A stretch of 64,000 bases of DNA from Leptogorgia sarmentosa (lineage: Eukaryota): NCBI GenBank assembly GCA_964658305.1, contig OZ210885.1, forward strand, positions 4,588,001 to 4,652,000, written 5' to 3'. Each line of letters opens with the position of its first letter. Position 1 is the stretch's first letter. Below the pieces are notes generated by a model that had not been told where the DNA came from, did not search any database, and saw only the letters and a program-made list of their open reading frames with translations. The translations under genes were made by a program, and so were the position numbers. Below, one piece after another: positions 37,501-52,500 of the stretch.

Positions 37501-40500
37501 TCTGATACTTCCAGGGAAATTTACACTGAGTACACTTGTGTGGACAACAGCGCAACCGTTATAACAGGTAGCTATGTTTTTATCATTCTGAAATAAGTAC
37601 TGGACCGAACGCTGGGGACAAACCTTCAGCGTACGTGCACCAACTGTGATAACGATGTGTTGCATGCATTCCTTTTTCTCAGCTTGTTGAGATTTATCGG
37701 CAAGAACATGAGTAAAATGACATTGTAGAACTTGGATTGGATTTGGAAAACTTTGAGAGCTTCGGCCTTGTGACAAGTTGAGAAAATGACAACATCGTTA
37801 CTATAGACTACATACGCATGACGTCACATACCAAACGTGTTGTGATTTAGCCGCTATGTTGGGAGAAATAATAGTACACAAAACCTACACATTAAACGTG
37901 TTTCTTTATTCAAATATGTTATACAAAAAACGTATGCCTTTTTTACACAGTAATTATCTATTCACATTGTTACAATTTCACACAGTTTAAAACAACATTT
38001 GCCCTCCAAAATGGCGGGTAGCAATCGTTACTTGTAGTATACGATCCCATTGTTGCGTTAACAGTGGGTATTTGATATAATCAATCAAAATGAAGGTATT
38101 TTATCTAATTAATAAACTTGGCATTTAGGACCCAACGTTAGATTATCAAAGTCACCAAACGAAGGTTTTATTGAAATAAAAGATGGCGCAAGATGGAGGA
38201 AAGTTGATGAAGAAAATTGGGATCAAGACCGTCAGGCAATGCTGTGTCAATACTTGGGATTTGAAGAAAATACTACCAACAATATTGGTACTAATTCTAT
38301 TCCAAGTGGACAACAGATTGCAACTGGAGATTTGATATGTTATGAAACACAGCCAAACAGTGAAATATCCTGTTGTATATATCTTGAACCATCTACAACA
38401 TCTTCGAGAACCACTCTCCCGTATGTCACATGTGGTAAGTTAATCAATATACCTTAATTGTAGTTATGATGTATTGACAATGCAAGAGTTTTGATTGGTT
38501 GAATGGCCGGTTATACATGAAGCATTTCAGCCCTGACTGGGAGTTCAGCTTGGATGTTGACGAAAAGCGGAGTACAATTTGAATCAGGGGTGGCTCCAGG
38601 AACTCCCCGACGCAACGTTAATGATGGGGGGAGGGGGCTGGGAAGGGCACGACCCTTGAGTTGGATAAGAATTTAAGGCTCATATTTTAAAACACTATTG
38701 ATGTTTCTTGTTCAAATTATTCTACTCTTTACCATACGTCAACAGTCGGGATGAAATCTCAGCTCGGACTGAATTTTCTCCACATATTTAATAAAATCGT
38801 CGCATCCATTCAGTAGATGTTATGACATCACTAAACCCATATATACAATATCATAACGTAACGTGGTCGTATATTGAGAACACACATACGACATTATGAC
38901 ATAATTTCCTGAAACACAAATCCCCCTTGCCCCCTATTCGTTGTTCAGTTGTAGTTAGCATTTGGTTTTTGCGTATGAATTGGAAATTAAAACAACATTG
39001 AAATACCACTGATGTCCCACGAACATTGGTGTTCCAACTACTTTTGAAAATGATGGTATTTACCAGTTGATGCTTTTGACTTGAGCCTCATTACATTACG
39101 TAATGAAATCCTTAAATTAACTAATAAAGTGACCCCGTACTACAAAAATAATTCTTTCGACGTATACGGTTACCTTATTATGGCGGGAAGTGGTTATTAT
39201 TCTTTATTTCTTACTTTATTTCAGGCCAGATATGCAACAAACCATTGCTAGAGGACGTCACCATGTTCCCAAATGCCGTATTTTCTGGACGCGGTGGTTC
39301 TAATGACTACCACCAGGCAAGATTTTATGGTGATGGTTGGTGTTCTTCAGGATCTGGAACTGAATATCTCTTGATCAACCTTCAAAACGACTACCACTTA
39401 ACACGGGTGGTTACTATGGGCGACAAACAACAGACAAAATGGAGCAATTCATATTTCTTACAATACAGCCGCACTGAAACTTTCGTAGGTGGCACTGCAG
39501 CAGTAAATGTAAGTACAACAACATATTTTTTTAAGGAAGTAGTAATTAAAAGTCTATTGTGCGCATTCCTTCTGCTCATAACAAAGTTTGTTATTGCAGA
39601 CTGGACCGTCGGAACTTTATTTGAATACAGGACAGTTATTTATATGTAAATCTATTTTGCTTGTTTATATTAAAATTCCAATGTGTGGGTCCCCAACAAT
39701 TTGGTTGTTTGAACAGAAAGAATGTGCAGAACGGACTTTACGGCATTTTTAAGATGCAGTTACCGAGGCTGCCTGCATGACAGGATTTTGAAGTTCCCAT
39801 TAAATAATATCTGTCCTGCAGGCAACCAAACTCAATTTTGTATTCACAAATATATATGATAAACATTGCTGTTACTTGGGCTAGCAGCAAACAGCCTAGA
39901 GTTTACAAGTTTTGAATTAGTTCAGTGCGGGTCCGAAAACAACGACCGTAGTAATTAGTCTTTTTCACGCTATAGCTATGCTTAAATCCGCCATAGGTTT
40001 AAATTATCACCTATGAATGATGGAAATAAGTGACAAACAATTGTTTACCAACAAAAAATCCCAATTTTTAGCTTCGGATAAAAAATAACCGCCAAAAACA
40101 ATGATTTCGCCATTAAAAATGACAAATTTCAAGGCCTTGTCGCATAGCATGAGAAAGGATGTAGATTTATCAGATCCAGGTGTATCGAATATATAACGAA
40201 AATGTTTGCAATTTTAATCACCAAATTGTTCATTGTGCCGTGTGACCACACCATGCCCATATTAGAAAGCTAAGGTTTTCCATGGTTGCTAATTGTTGAA
40301 AAGATTCTTCCCATTCTTTATACATGCAGGTGAGTGGAAACCATAACGGGTACCAAGCATCGAGTACTCCAGTTGATCTTTATAACGTCAGATATATAAA
40401 GATACAATCAGTTAGAGACACGAACTTTTGTCTTAGAATTGAACTCTGTGGAGAAGGTGAGGTTAAGTTTTAATTACTGCGAAGTTCATTAAATTATTAG

Positions 40501-43500
40501 AAAATAGTAGTCTAATTCAATTGCGCAAATAAATACCTTTATTCTTACTTCTTTATTTTGATCCTATATAGTTCAGTTGCCAGCTCCAGTACAAAATGTT
40601 ACGGCAATCCCTTCGGATTATTCGGTCAATTTGTCTTGGGCGGTACCAAAAGCCAGAGTGTCCAGTTACATCACACATTTTACCATTTATCTGAGCAGTA
40701 CACAACAATCTGATGGCACCCTGATCATGAGAATATCTCGTAAGAAATATGGCAATCAGTTTGTTTTACATGGATTGAAACCGTACACTGAGTATACCGT
40801 TGGTATCCAGGCACAAGATGGTTCTCTTAAGAACGCTACAACAACTTACCAGAGCTTTAAAACTGAAGAAGCAGGTAAGATAATGATCTGAAATGATCTA
40901 ATGTATGAATTTTTTAAATACATTTGTGGAGCAACAAAATACACCATTTTTTAATGAAATTTTTAAAGGAATAAAATACATGAAAATGAAGTATATGCAT
41001 AACTAAAATAGTAATATCCGAAAAAAATTCTGTTTACTACAAAAATTATCATATAAAGATTACGTGGTTAATAATTTATTATACATGATTGATAAATATA
41101 GTGTACATGTTTAATTACAGTGATTTTCTCTGAATTTAGTCCCTGGAGGTCCGCCATTGAATGTGACTATACATTCCCGTAGCAAAGATTCACTGGGAAT
41201 CTCTTGGAAACCACCTGAGAAAAACTTGTGGAATGGAAAGCTGATTGGGTATCAAGTCTGCTACAGTTTTTTCATTTTTCATGGCAATTGGAATTGCTCA
41301 TATATTAATTCATCTTTCCTGTCGTATAACATTTCTAACCTTCAACCATCTACAAAGTACTTGGTGACAGTGGCAGCTAGCACAAAGATTGGTTTTGGAA
41401 ACAAGAGTTTAACAATCAGTAAAATAACAAACGGAGGTAAATGAATAAAACGACAGTGTTCAGTATTTGCATGTTTTAATAATTTTGTAGAGTGTTGACA
41501 TATTCACCGTGGCTAGTTGTTCAAAAGCCTTTTTTAAACTAATGATAAAGAAATATGATGTTTTGAACGGATTGTCTGTTTTGAAACTTAGAAACATTCA
41601 TTCCTATAAAAAAATTGTCTTTGCAATGTTTTGAAATTTTGACGTGCATCAATATTCTGGTTAAATCTTTCCGGCACTTCTGTGAATAATGAACTCGTAC
41701 TCCAATTATGCCCGCGATTTGAAAGGCGTTCCTGTATCAGATCAAGTTTGAAATCTATTTTTCAGGGCCTGTCAATGTTGTTGGGATATCATATTCAAGT
41801 GTAAACATAACTATAGCCAAACAAGCGACGTATATCAAGTAAGTTCACAATTTGACAATTTTAATACAATATACATTTAGACATGTTAGACAATGTCTGT
41901 ATGTCAATGTATGAAGTATAACATTGTATGACAGGCGTGATTTCTTAACAGTTTTATTGATCATATGTCTCCATGTTCGTTATTTAGAGAAGTGATGGTC
42001 ATTGTGCAAATTTCCTCAGAATTTCCAACTCCAGTGGAAGATATTGAAACAAACGATCTGAAACCTTACCAGAGCAACACACAGGATCCTTATATCACTG
42101 CCTATTTCAAAGCTGATGTTCTCCCTTTATGGTTCGTGATTGGTGATGGCAATTTTGGAAATGAAAGCTACTACAACCAACCTCTCAAACAGAATTCTAG
42201 TTACATCGTGTTCTTGCGATTTTTTGAAACCAACGTAAGTAAGTTTTATAAAAGGTTGAAAATGCATGAAGTTAAATTTTTGTTTGATCTTTCTCTCCAG
42301 TCTCCAGATGAATATAGATTCAATTAAAACAAAGTATCATTTTAGGACTCGTACTACTCAACAGACTGGAGCAGTAGTTTTAAAACAGAGATTAAACCTC
42401 CAGGTAAATTTGTTAGTAATAAATTTTACATCAGATCGTTTGGATATAAAGGCGAAACCAATTTCCACATTACACTTTATTTCACTCTACCTTTCCTTAC
42501 CATTCCTCCAAGCTGTATACTTTAATACAACAAAAGTGTTGGGCAACAAATGCATATCATTATAACCACAAACAAACTATAAGTCCGTGACTACAAGCTA
42601 TCCACCACAATTTTTGTCTCGGAGCCAAAAACCTGATTTTCCAATACATGAAAGCCGCGTTGCACAACACAACTGGGACGTTTTTGTTATAGGTTTTTTC
42701 GCAAATTAAGGAACTTATTTCATACATGTTATCAACAACCAATGACGTATGAGGAAAGGGGGGGGGGGGTGGAGGGGAGCAGTAGTCCGCCAGTTTTGTC
42801 AAAAACATTAATTAGCCCGGCAACTTCTACTTAAAAGTTGGACAATTATTCTGTCAATCGATATTTTTCTTCGTCCTTCCCAAGCTCCATGCACAATATT
42901 CCCGCATGAAAAGGCAGTAAATTGCATTTTAGAGGCTCTTTCTTTTTTCAACATTTCCTTTGGGGTATACACCCCGGAATTCCCTTAACAGCTCACGGCT
43001 TCTGCGTTTTTCACTAACGCACGCCTCTCTAAATTTTCTTACACCGTACGTCCATGTTTGTTAGTTTGGGGAATTTAACTGGGGCATAGAAATCTTCACG
43101 TTTCAAAAATTGTTAGTAACTTGATTTGTTCTTCGCCAGGTCCTGTTCAGAATATTACGACAAACCCTTCGAATTTTTCCGTCCATTTGTCTTGGAAATT
43201 ACCAGAAGCAGAATTGCCAGGTTACATCACACATTTTATCATTTATCTGAACGGCACACACTCTGACAGCACAAGGATTTTTAGAATATCTCGTGAGAAA
43301 TATGGAAATGAGTTTGTTCTTCATGGACTGAAACCGTACAATGAGTATACCGTTGGTATCCAGACACAAGATGGTTCTTTAAGGAATGCCACCATAGCTT
43401 ACCACAACTTTAAGACTAAAGAAGCAGGTACGCATCTGAATTAATTTGTTTTTGAAATGAGTTGGTAATTTTTTGGGAAAGAAATTAGTTTTTGATGAAT

Positions 43501-46500
43501 ACACAAAAACGATTTTCTATAATATGATTTTTTGTATGGTAATAAAGATTTTATTAATTTGATGGTTTGCTTAATAATTTGTAATATATTTGACATGTAG
43601 TCCACATGTTCAATTACACTTTTTAACGTGATTTTTCTTTAAATTTAGTCCCTAGTGGACCCCCATTGAATGTGACTATACATTCCCGTAGCAAAGATTC
43701 ACTGGGAATCTCTTGGGAACCTCCTGAGAAAAACTTGTGGAATGGAAAGCTGATTGGGTACCAAGTTTGCTACAGTTTTTTCATTTTTGATGGCAATTGG
43801 AATTGCTCACATATTAATTCATCTTTCCTGTCGTATAACATTTCTACCCTTCAACCATCCACAAAGTACTTGGTGACAGTGGCAGCTAGCACAAAGATTG
43901 GATTTGGAAACAAGAGTTCAACAATGAGTGAAATAACAAACGGAGGTAAATGGATAAAATGACAGTGTTCAAGTTTTCCATGTTTTAGTAATGTTAAAGG
44001 AATTTCTATCTCCTAGTTAAAGGAGTTCTTTGATATTCTTTTCATTCATCATCCATATGGAAAATTTTCCCTTATTTCATTTTTTAAAAATTATACATAC
44101 GTCAGTGTGCTGTTGTCAAACTTTTCCGGCCTTTCGTGTGATTAATGTGCTCGTATCCCCATTAAGCCCGCGAATTGAAAGGGGGTTCCTGAGTGATAAC
44201 TTGTTTGAAATCTTTCTACTAGAGCCTATTAATGTTGTCGGGATATCATATTCAAGTGTAAACATAACTATTGCCAAACAAGCGGCGTATATCAAGTAAG
44301 TTAAACCCATAATGAGGAATGTGATTATGGTTCTCGTTTAATCTTGATTATATTATTACATTATAATGAAAAAGTAATAGGTAATCCCGAACTGCACAAT
44401 AAACTATTAAGTATTTTACGTTTTATATAAGCAGACCATCAATGAGAAACATCTAACGACTTAAGATCTCTCAAGCGTAATTTTATCAATATGGCATGTT
44501 CGTTCTTTAGACAAGTAATGGTCATCGTGCAAATTGCTCTAGAATTTCCAACCCCAGTGGAAGATATTGAAACTGACGATCTGAAACCTTACCAGAACAA
44601 CACACAGGATCCTTATATCACTGCCTATTTCAATGCTGATGTCCTCCCTTTGTTGTTCGTGATTGGTGATGGCAAGGAGTTTAATTTTGGAAATGAAAGC
44701 TTCTATAACCAACCTCTCAAACAGAATTCAAGTTACACCGTATTCTTGAGATTTTTTGAAACCAACGTAAGTTTCTTGAAAGATAGAAAGCGTTAAGTTA
44801 CATTTTTTTATCTTTCTTTTTGGTGAATTTGGTTTGTAATAGCTAAGTATCATTTTAGGACTCGTACTACTCAACAGACTGGAGCAGTAGTGTTAAAACG
44901 GAGATTAAAACTCCAGGTAAATTGAACGTCATAAACTTGATATCGAATCTTCCGAATATAAAAACGAAACCACATTCAAAATTTCACCATAATTATTATG
45001 GCACGGCACAGTTTCATCCCTCAAATCAGTGTACTGTAATAATACAACAGAGTGACGTTCTGTAACAAATGTATTGCCATTGTAATCACAAAAATTCGCT
45101 GACAATATATCAAAGATGATTATAAGATATCCAAGATATCCACTAAAATTTTTGTCTCGCTGCCAAACACCTGATTTTCTATCAATCAAAGATGTAGTTC
45201 CACAACACTGCTGGGTCGTTTTAGTGATACGTCATTCTGTAAATCGAGGTACTTCATGTTTGCATTGAAGCTTTGTTAGCTTGGTGCATTTAACTGGTGC
45301 GTAAAAACGTTCACGTTTCAATTTGTTACTAAGTTCTTCTATCTTGATCTTCGCCAGGTCCTGTTCAGAATATTACGACAAACCCTTCGAGTTTTTCTGT
45401 CCATTTGTCTTGGACATTACCAGAAGCAGAAGTGCCCGGTTACATCACACATTTTATCATTTATCTGAACGGCACACACTCTGACAACACAAGGATTGTT
45501 AGAATATCTCGTGAGAAATATGGAAATGAGTTTGTTCTTCATGGACTGAAACCGTACACTGAGTATACCGTTGGTATCCAGACACAAGATGGTTCTTTAA
45601 GGAATGCAACCATAGCTTACCACAACTTTAAGACTAAAGAAGCAGGTACGTATCTGAAATTAATTTGTTTTTGAAATAAGTTGGTAAAATTTGGCAAAAT
45701 TCAAAATTTATTGGAATGGTAAAAAAGTTTTTATTAATTTGATTGTCTAACAATTTATAATACATTTTTTATATTTAGTCTACATATTCAATCACACTTT
45801 TTAACGCGATTTTTCTTTAAATATAGTCCCTGGTGGACCGCCATTGAATGTGACTATACATTCCCGTGGCAAAGATTCACTGGGAATCTCTTGGAAACCT
45901 CCTGAGAGAAACTTGTGGAATGGAAAGCTGATTGGGTATAAAGTTTGCTACAGTTCTTACATTTTTGATAGCAATTGGAATTGCTCACATATTAATTCAT
46001 CTTTCCTGTCATCTAACATTTCTAACCTTCAACCATTCACAAAGTACTTGGTGACAGTGGCAGCTAGCACAAAGATTGGTTTTGGGAACAAGAGTTCAAC
46101 AATCAGTAAAATAACAAACGGAGGTAAAGGAATAAAACGACAATGTTCAAATTTTGCATGTGTTGATGATGTTTAAGTTTTTTTATTCACTGTGGTTGAG
46201 ATCGTAGGACGTTTACTAACGTCAGGTAACTCTACTTTTTAGTAAAACAATCAATTATACCCTGCCCCACCCCCCCCCCCCCCCTGCACTAATCATACCT
46301 AGCTAAGTCATGGCTGCAACCCTGAGAAATGTATTCATTCTCCATGGCCAGTCCCTTTGGAGTCGGTTTGGGATAAATTTCAAATTGAAATAATGATAAG
46401 TGAATAGTTGTTTCAACGGATTGCTTTTTTTAATACTTGGAAACATCCCTCGGCGATGTTGTACTGATTCATATAAGAATTTTCGTTTTATGATGTTTTG

Positions 46501-49500
46501 AAATGAAGATGTTCATCAGTATGCTGGCTAAACTTTCCCGGTTGGCCCTTCGGCGAATAATTTACCCGCGTTCGCCAATTTTGCCGGCGAAGTGAAATGC
46601 ATTCCTGTGTGACACCAACTTTAAATCTTTCTAGACCCTGTTAATGTTGTCGGGATATCATATTCAAGTGTAAACATAACTATAGGCAAACAAGCGACGT
46701 ATATCAAGTAAGTTCACCCCATGAGGAAAATTTTCATAGTCCTCATATATAGTCTTATGCAATCCTAAACAGGAACCATGAACTTAATGTTTTACGTTTT
46801 TTAAGCAGGTCATCAATGAGAAGCGTCTAATGTCGAATCAACACGTTTGATTTGTTAACAAATGCCGCTGATCATATTAATAATTATGGTCTTCGTCTCC
46901 TTTTTTTTAGACAACTGATGGTCATCGTGCAGATTTCTGCTGAATTTCCAACCCCAGTGGAAGATATTGAAACAAACGACCTGAAACCTTATCAGAACAA
47001 CTCACAGGATCCTTATATCACTGCCTATTTCAAAGCTGATGTTCTTCCTTTGTTGTTCGTGATTGGTGATGGCAAAGAGTTTAATTTTGGAAATGAAAGC
47101 TACTATAACAAACCTCTCAAACAGAATTCAAGTTACATCGTGTTCTTGAGATTTTTTGAAACCAACGTAAGTTGTTTGAAAGATGAAGATTGTGAAGTCA
47201 TGTTTGTTTGATTTTTCTGTCCAAATGAATTTATTTTTTAATCAAAGTATCATTATAGGACACGTACTACTCGACAGAATGGAGCAGCAATTTTGAAACA
47301 GATATTAAACCTCCAGGTAAAATTATTATCATAAATCTCACTCCGACTCTCCATGCAAATATAAAGGCGAAAGTAATTTTCAAATTACATTATGCCACGG
47401 CACAGTTTCTTTCCTTTCTTCCAAGCAGCGTTCTCTGATTGACTCTAATTCTACAGTAAATGCTGTGGAGCAAATGCATTACTCATATAACCACAAAAGT
47501 TCGCTGAAAAATCAATGATGTTTAACTATGCAAGTGAAGACCACGGTTGCAAGCAAAAACTGTAGTTTTTGTCTCGAAGCCAAACATCTGATTTTTCTAA
47601 TATCATTCATTTTTTAATCATTACTAAGTCCTTTTATTCTTTGCCAGGTGCTGTTCAGAATATTACGACAAATCCTTCGAATTTTTCTGTCCATTTGTCT
47701 TGGACATTACCAGAAGCAGAATTGCCAGGTTACATCACACATTTTATCATTTATCTGAACGGCACACACTCTGACAACACAAGGATTGTTAGAATATCTC
47801 GTGAGAAATATGGAAATGAATTTGTTCTTCATGGACTGAAACCGTACACCGAGTATACCGTTGGTATCCAGACACAAGATGGTTCTTTAAGGAATGCAAC
47901 CATAGCTTACCGCAACTTTAAGACTAAAGAAGCAGGTACGTATCTGAAATTAATTTCTTTTGAAATGAGCTGGTGAAATTTATCGAAAAAAATCCCTAAT
48001 TTTATATAAAACTTTGAAAACGATTTTTTATAATAGGCATTTGATTATTGGAATGATAAGGAAGTTTTATTAATTTGATGGTTTAATAATTGATCATACA
48101 TTATTCAAATATTCAACAAATTTGATTTTTTAAAACTTAGTCCCTGGTGGACCCCCATTGAATGTGACTATACATTCCCGTAGCAAAGATTCACTGGGAA
48201 TCTCTTGGAAACCACCTGAGAAAAACTTGTGGAATGGAAAGCTGATTGGGTACCAAGTCTGCTACAGTTTTTTCATTTTTCATGGCAATTGGAATTGCTC
48301 ACATATTAATTCATCTTTCCTGTCATATAACATTTCTAACCTTCAACCATCCACAAAGTACTTGGTGACAGTGGCAGCTAGCACAAAGATTGGTTTTGGA
48401 AACAAGAGTTCAACAATCAGTAAAATAACAAACGGAGGTAAATGAATAAAACGACAGTGTTCAAGTTTTGAAAGGGTTAATAATGGATAAATCCCATTAT
48501 AGACTAATCTTTGATCTAGACAAATCCGGAAAAAAGGAATTCCTGAAAAGAATCTTTCAAAAGTAGTAAAATTCCAAATTAAATTTGTTTTAAAAGTGTG
48601 GTAAATGTTGTAACTGTTGCATCTTTGAACAATTAATTTACCGTGGCCAGTTATTTGAAACACGCCGCCTATTGTTGAATTTAAGACAAAATAATAAGTG
48701 CAATAAGTTGTTTCAACAAATTTACAATTTTAAATCTTGGAATCATTCCTTAGAGGTAGTGTGTTAAAGCCACGAGCAATTTTGTTTTGTGACAATTTGC
48801 ATGTGACAATTTTATTTGCCCGTGTAGACGAGGGAAATTGGGCATTTTTTGTGTGGTAAAAATATTTTTTGTAACGCTGACGTATTAGTTTTTATGTGAC
48901 AAATAAAAATATGCCACATAAAATTTGCTCGTGTAAACGGGGCTTAATTCAAATGAAAATTTCCCTTTTTGATGTTTTGAAATCCAGATATGCATAAATA
49001 TCCTGGTTAAATAGCTTTGAGGTTAGCGCGAGTCAACGAATGAGGCCTTTGGTGAATAAAGTACCCGTACCGCAATTATGCCTGCGCGAATTAAAAGGCT
49101 TGAGTGAGAACACGTTTCAAATATTTTTAGAGCCTGTTAATGTTGTCGGGACATCATATTCAAGCGTTAACATAACTATAGCCAAACAAGCGACGTATAT
49201 CAAGTAAGTCCATCCAGTAATAACAATTTTAATAGTCCTAAGTTAATATGTTGATTAAACTGGGTGTATTAAAAAAGTATAGCCCCTTTCAAATTCAAAT
49301 TTCTCTTGCTTACTGTATTATTTTGAATGCTGTAAGTAATTCTTTCAAACTAATGGGGATGCATAACGACATATAAGAAGTCATGGAACAAAATAGCTCA
49401 TAGAAATATGGTTATTCAGACCCGTGTCCCAGGAAATTTGGCCCCCCCAAAATTTGGTCCCCCTATTACGATGGATTTTACAAACATTTTTGTGCACGTG

Positions 49501-52500
49501 CAATGGATGTAAATGATGTTCGAGACTGTCACGAGGCTGAGATTGGTGGGGGGCACTTCAAGCGCGATAAAACATTCGGAAAAATTTCGGAGCGTTTTCA
49601 CACACGTCATTCCTAGACAGATCCTATTAATTTAGTCGGCAAATTTGTTATTTAGAGAAGTGATGGTGATCGTGCAAATTGCTCCAGAATTTCCAAACCC
49701 AGTGGAAGATATTGAAACTGACGATCTGAAACCTTACCAGAACAACTTACAAGATCCTTATATCACTGCCTATTTCAAAGCTGATGTTCTTTCTTTGTTG
49801 TTCGTGATTGGTGATGGCAAGGAGTTTAATTTTGGAAATAATAGCTACTATAACCAACCTCTCAAACAGAATTCAAGTTACATCGTGTTCTTGAGATTTT
49901 TTGAAACCAACGTAAGTTTTATAAAATATAGAAAATGTGAAGTTATATATTTGTTTGATCTTTCTGTCCACAATAATTTAGATTCTGATCAAGTATCGTT
50001 TTAGGACTCCTATTACTCTGCAGAATGGAGCAGTAGTGTTAGAACGTCGATTAAACCTCCAGGTAACAAATGCATCACCATGCGCTCTTCACTCAATACA
50101 GAGCATTGCACGTCAATAATTTTGAACAACTCTGTCAACTGTATATTCATATATTCGTGTTCTGCCCGACGGTTTTCTTTTGAAATCAATTGTTTTTTAG
50201 TTAACTTGAAACGAAATCCGTCGGGCAAAACATGAATATATATGAATATGCAACACCCCCACCCCCTCTACCCCCATGGCCCTGTCTGTCGAAGGCGGAA
50301 CTACAGTTCAGTATATAATTATAACAAGTTTCACTGGCAATATCACTGAGTAATGTTAACTACACAAATTAGGGCCGATGGTTAAAAGCTAGAGACTACA
50401 GCTTTAATTTAAGAGCAAAACTACTGCTTTTGCCATACATGAAAACTGCAACTTGACAACTTGATCCGTTTTACTTCAAATTGAAGTAGCTACTTAATGT
50501 TTGCATCGAAATAATAATCAACCAACGAGTAAATTTGTAATAATTTGGAGTACTTACGTGGGGCTCAGGCTGAAATCTTCACCCTTACAGAATTAAATCA
50601 TTTTTTAGGTCCTGTTAAGAATATTACGACGAACCCTTCGAATTTTTCTGTCCATTTGTCTTGGACATTACCAGAAGCAGAATTGCCGGATTACATCACA
50701 CATTTTATCATTTATCTGAACGGCACACACTCTGACAACACAATGATTGTTAGAATATCTCGTGAGAAATATGGAAATGAGTTTGTTCTTCATGGACTGA
50801 AACCGTACACTGAGTATACCGTTGGTATCCAGACACAAGATGGTTCTTTAAGGAATGCCACCATAACTTACCACAACTTTAAGACTAAACAAGCAGGTAC
50901 GTATCTGAAATTATTATGTTTTTTTATACCTTATTAAAACATATAGTCAGGGTGTAACAAAAAGGTTGTACAGCATTGGTGTCTTATTTCGCGCCAGATT
51001 TGACGTTTACCAATGAAATTTGAATTTGAAATACGATTTAGACATTTGGCTACAATACTAAAGCAAAGTTTATCCCCGTTTCTTGAAATACTACTTCATA
51101 CAATTCGCAGAAAAATTACCGGACTAAAGATTTTTAATAAATACTCTGCTGACAGATGAACACTTAAGCCGGTTTTCCACTTGCGAATTTTGTCGCGCGA
51201 AGCGGATTTTTTCGTGGCGAAGTAGTTCGCGCGAATAGTTTTTTGTTTTCCATACCTATAACCTAAGTGCGGAAAATACAAAACAAGATGGCGTCATTGA
51301 ACCGCAGGAGACTCTTTGATGCTCAGAACTTTGTTGCTGTTGCTCAGACGACCTTAAAATCGACGACAAAGTATAAGAAAAGATTTCGGATACACCGAAT
51401 ATATCACTGAATGACTGAAAATTTTGAAATCCGGCTTAGGTCGCGACTTTTTTCGCCGCTAAAAAGTGCAAACGAGTAGGAATCATTCCAACTCCATTTT
51501 TCTCCGTCGCGAACGGTTGGCGAATTTTATCGCGACATAGCATTTATGAACACGCATGCGCGTGAGCGAAAAAATTCGCGCGCGCGAAAAAATTCGCAAG
51601 TGGAAAACCGGCTTAACGCGCTAACTTTGCTAAAGTTGAATTACTTTTTCCTTTGTGCACCCTTGCATGGTGTGGAACTTTTATTCTGTTCTTTTCTAAG
51701 AAGTTAGCCTAAAATTTGTAAAATTTAGCGAAAAAGAAACCTTATTATTGTTTTACAAAAAATTCAAAGCTATTAACAGCGTTTTGTATTCTTTTTAAAA
51801 TATAGTCCCTGGTGGACCGCCATTGAATGTGACAATACATTCCCGCAGCAAAGATTCACTGGGAATCTCTTGGAGACCTCCTGAGAAAAACTTGTGGAAT
51901 GGAAAACTAACTGCATATCAAGTTTGTTATAATTCTTCAGTTTGGAATTGTTTCCATATTAATTCATCTTTCTTGTCATATAACATTTCTAACCTTCAAC
52001 CATCCACAAAGTACTTGGTGACAGTGGCAGCTAGCACAAAGATTGGTTTTGGGAACAAGAGTTCAACAATCAGTAAAATAACAAGCGGAGGTAAATAAAT
52101 AGCTATAAAACGACAGTGTTCAAATTTTGTATGTTTTATTAGCCAAGTTGAAGGGTTTTTTATCACATTGGTCAAGATCGTGTGGCTACTAAGGTCGTGA
52201 AATTCAATAAAACATATCGATATCCTCCATCCTAATAATTAAGCTACGAACTTTAGAAACTTGGAAACATTCCCCTAGAGTTGTTGTGTTGATTCATATG
52301 AAAATTTTCGCTTTTTGATGTGTTGAAATACAGGCGTGCATCAATATGATGGTTAAATTTTTCTCAAGGTTATAGCACGCTAGTCTAGTAATGAACAACT
52401 GGCCCTTCATGAATACCAAATGATCAATGATGCACCCGTACCAGGAATACAGTGGCGTAGCCAGAACGATAATTGGGGGGGGGGGGGGGGAGGGGGCATA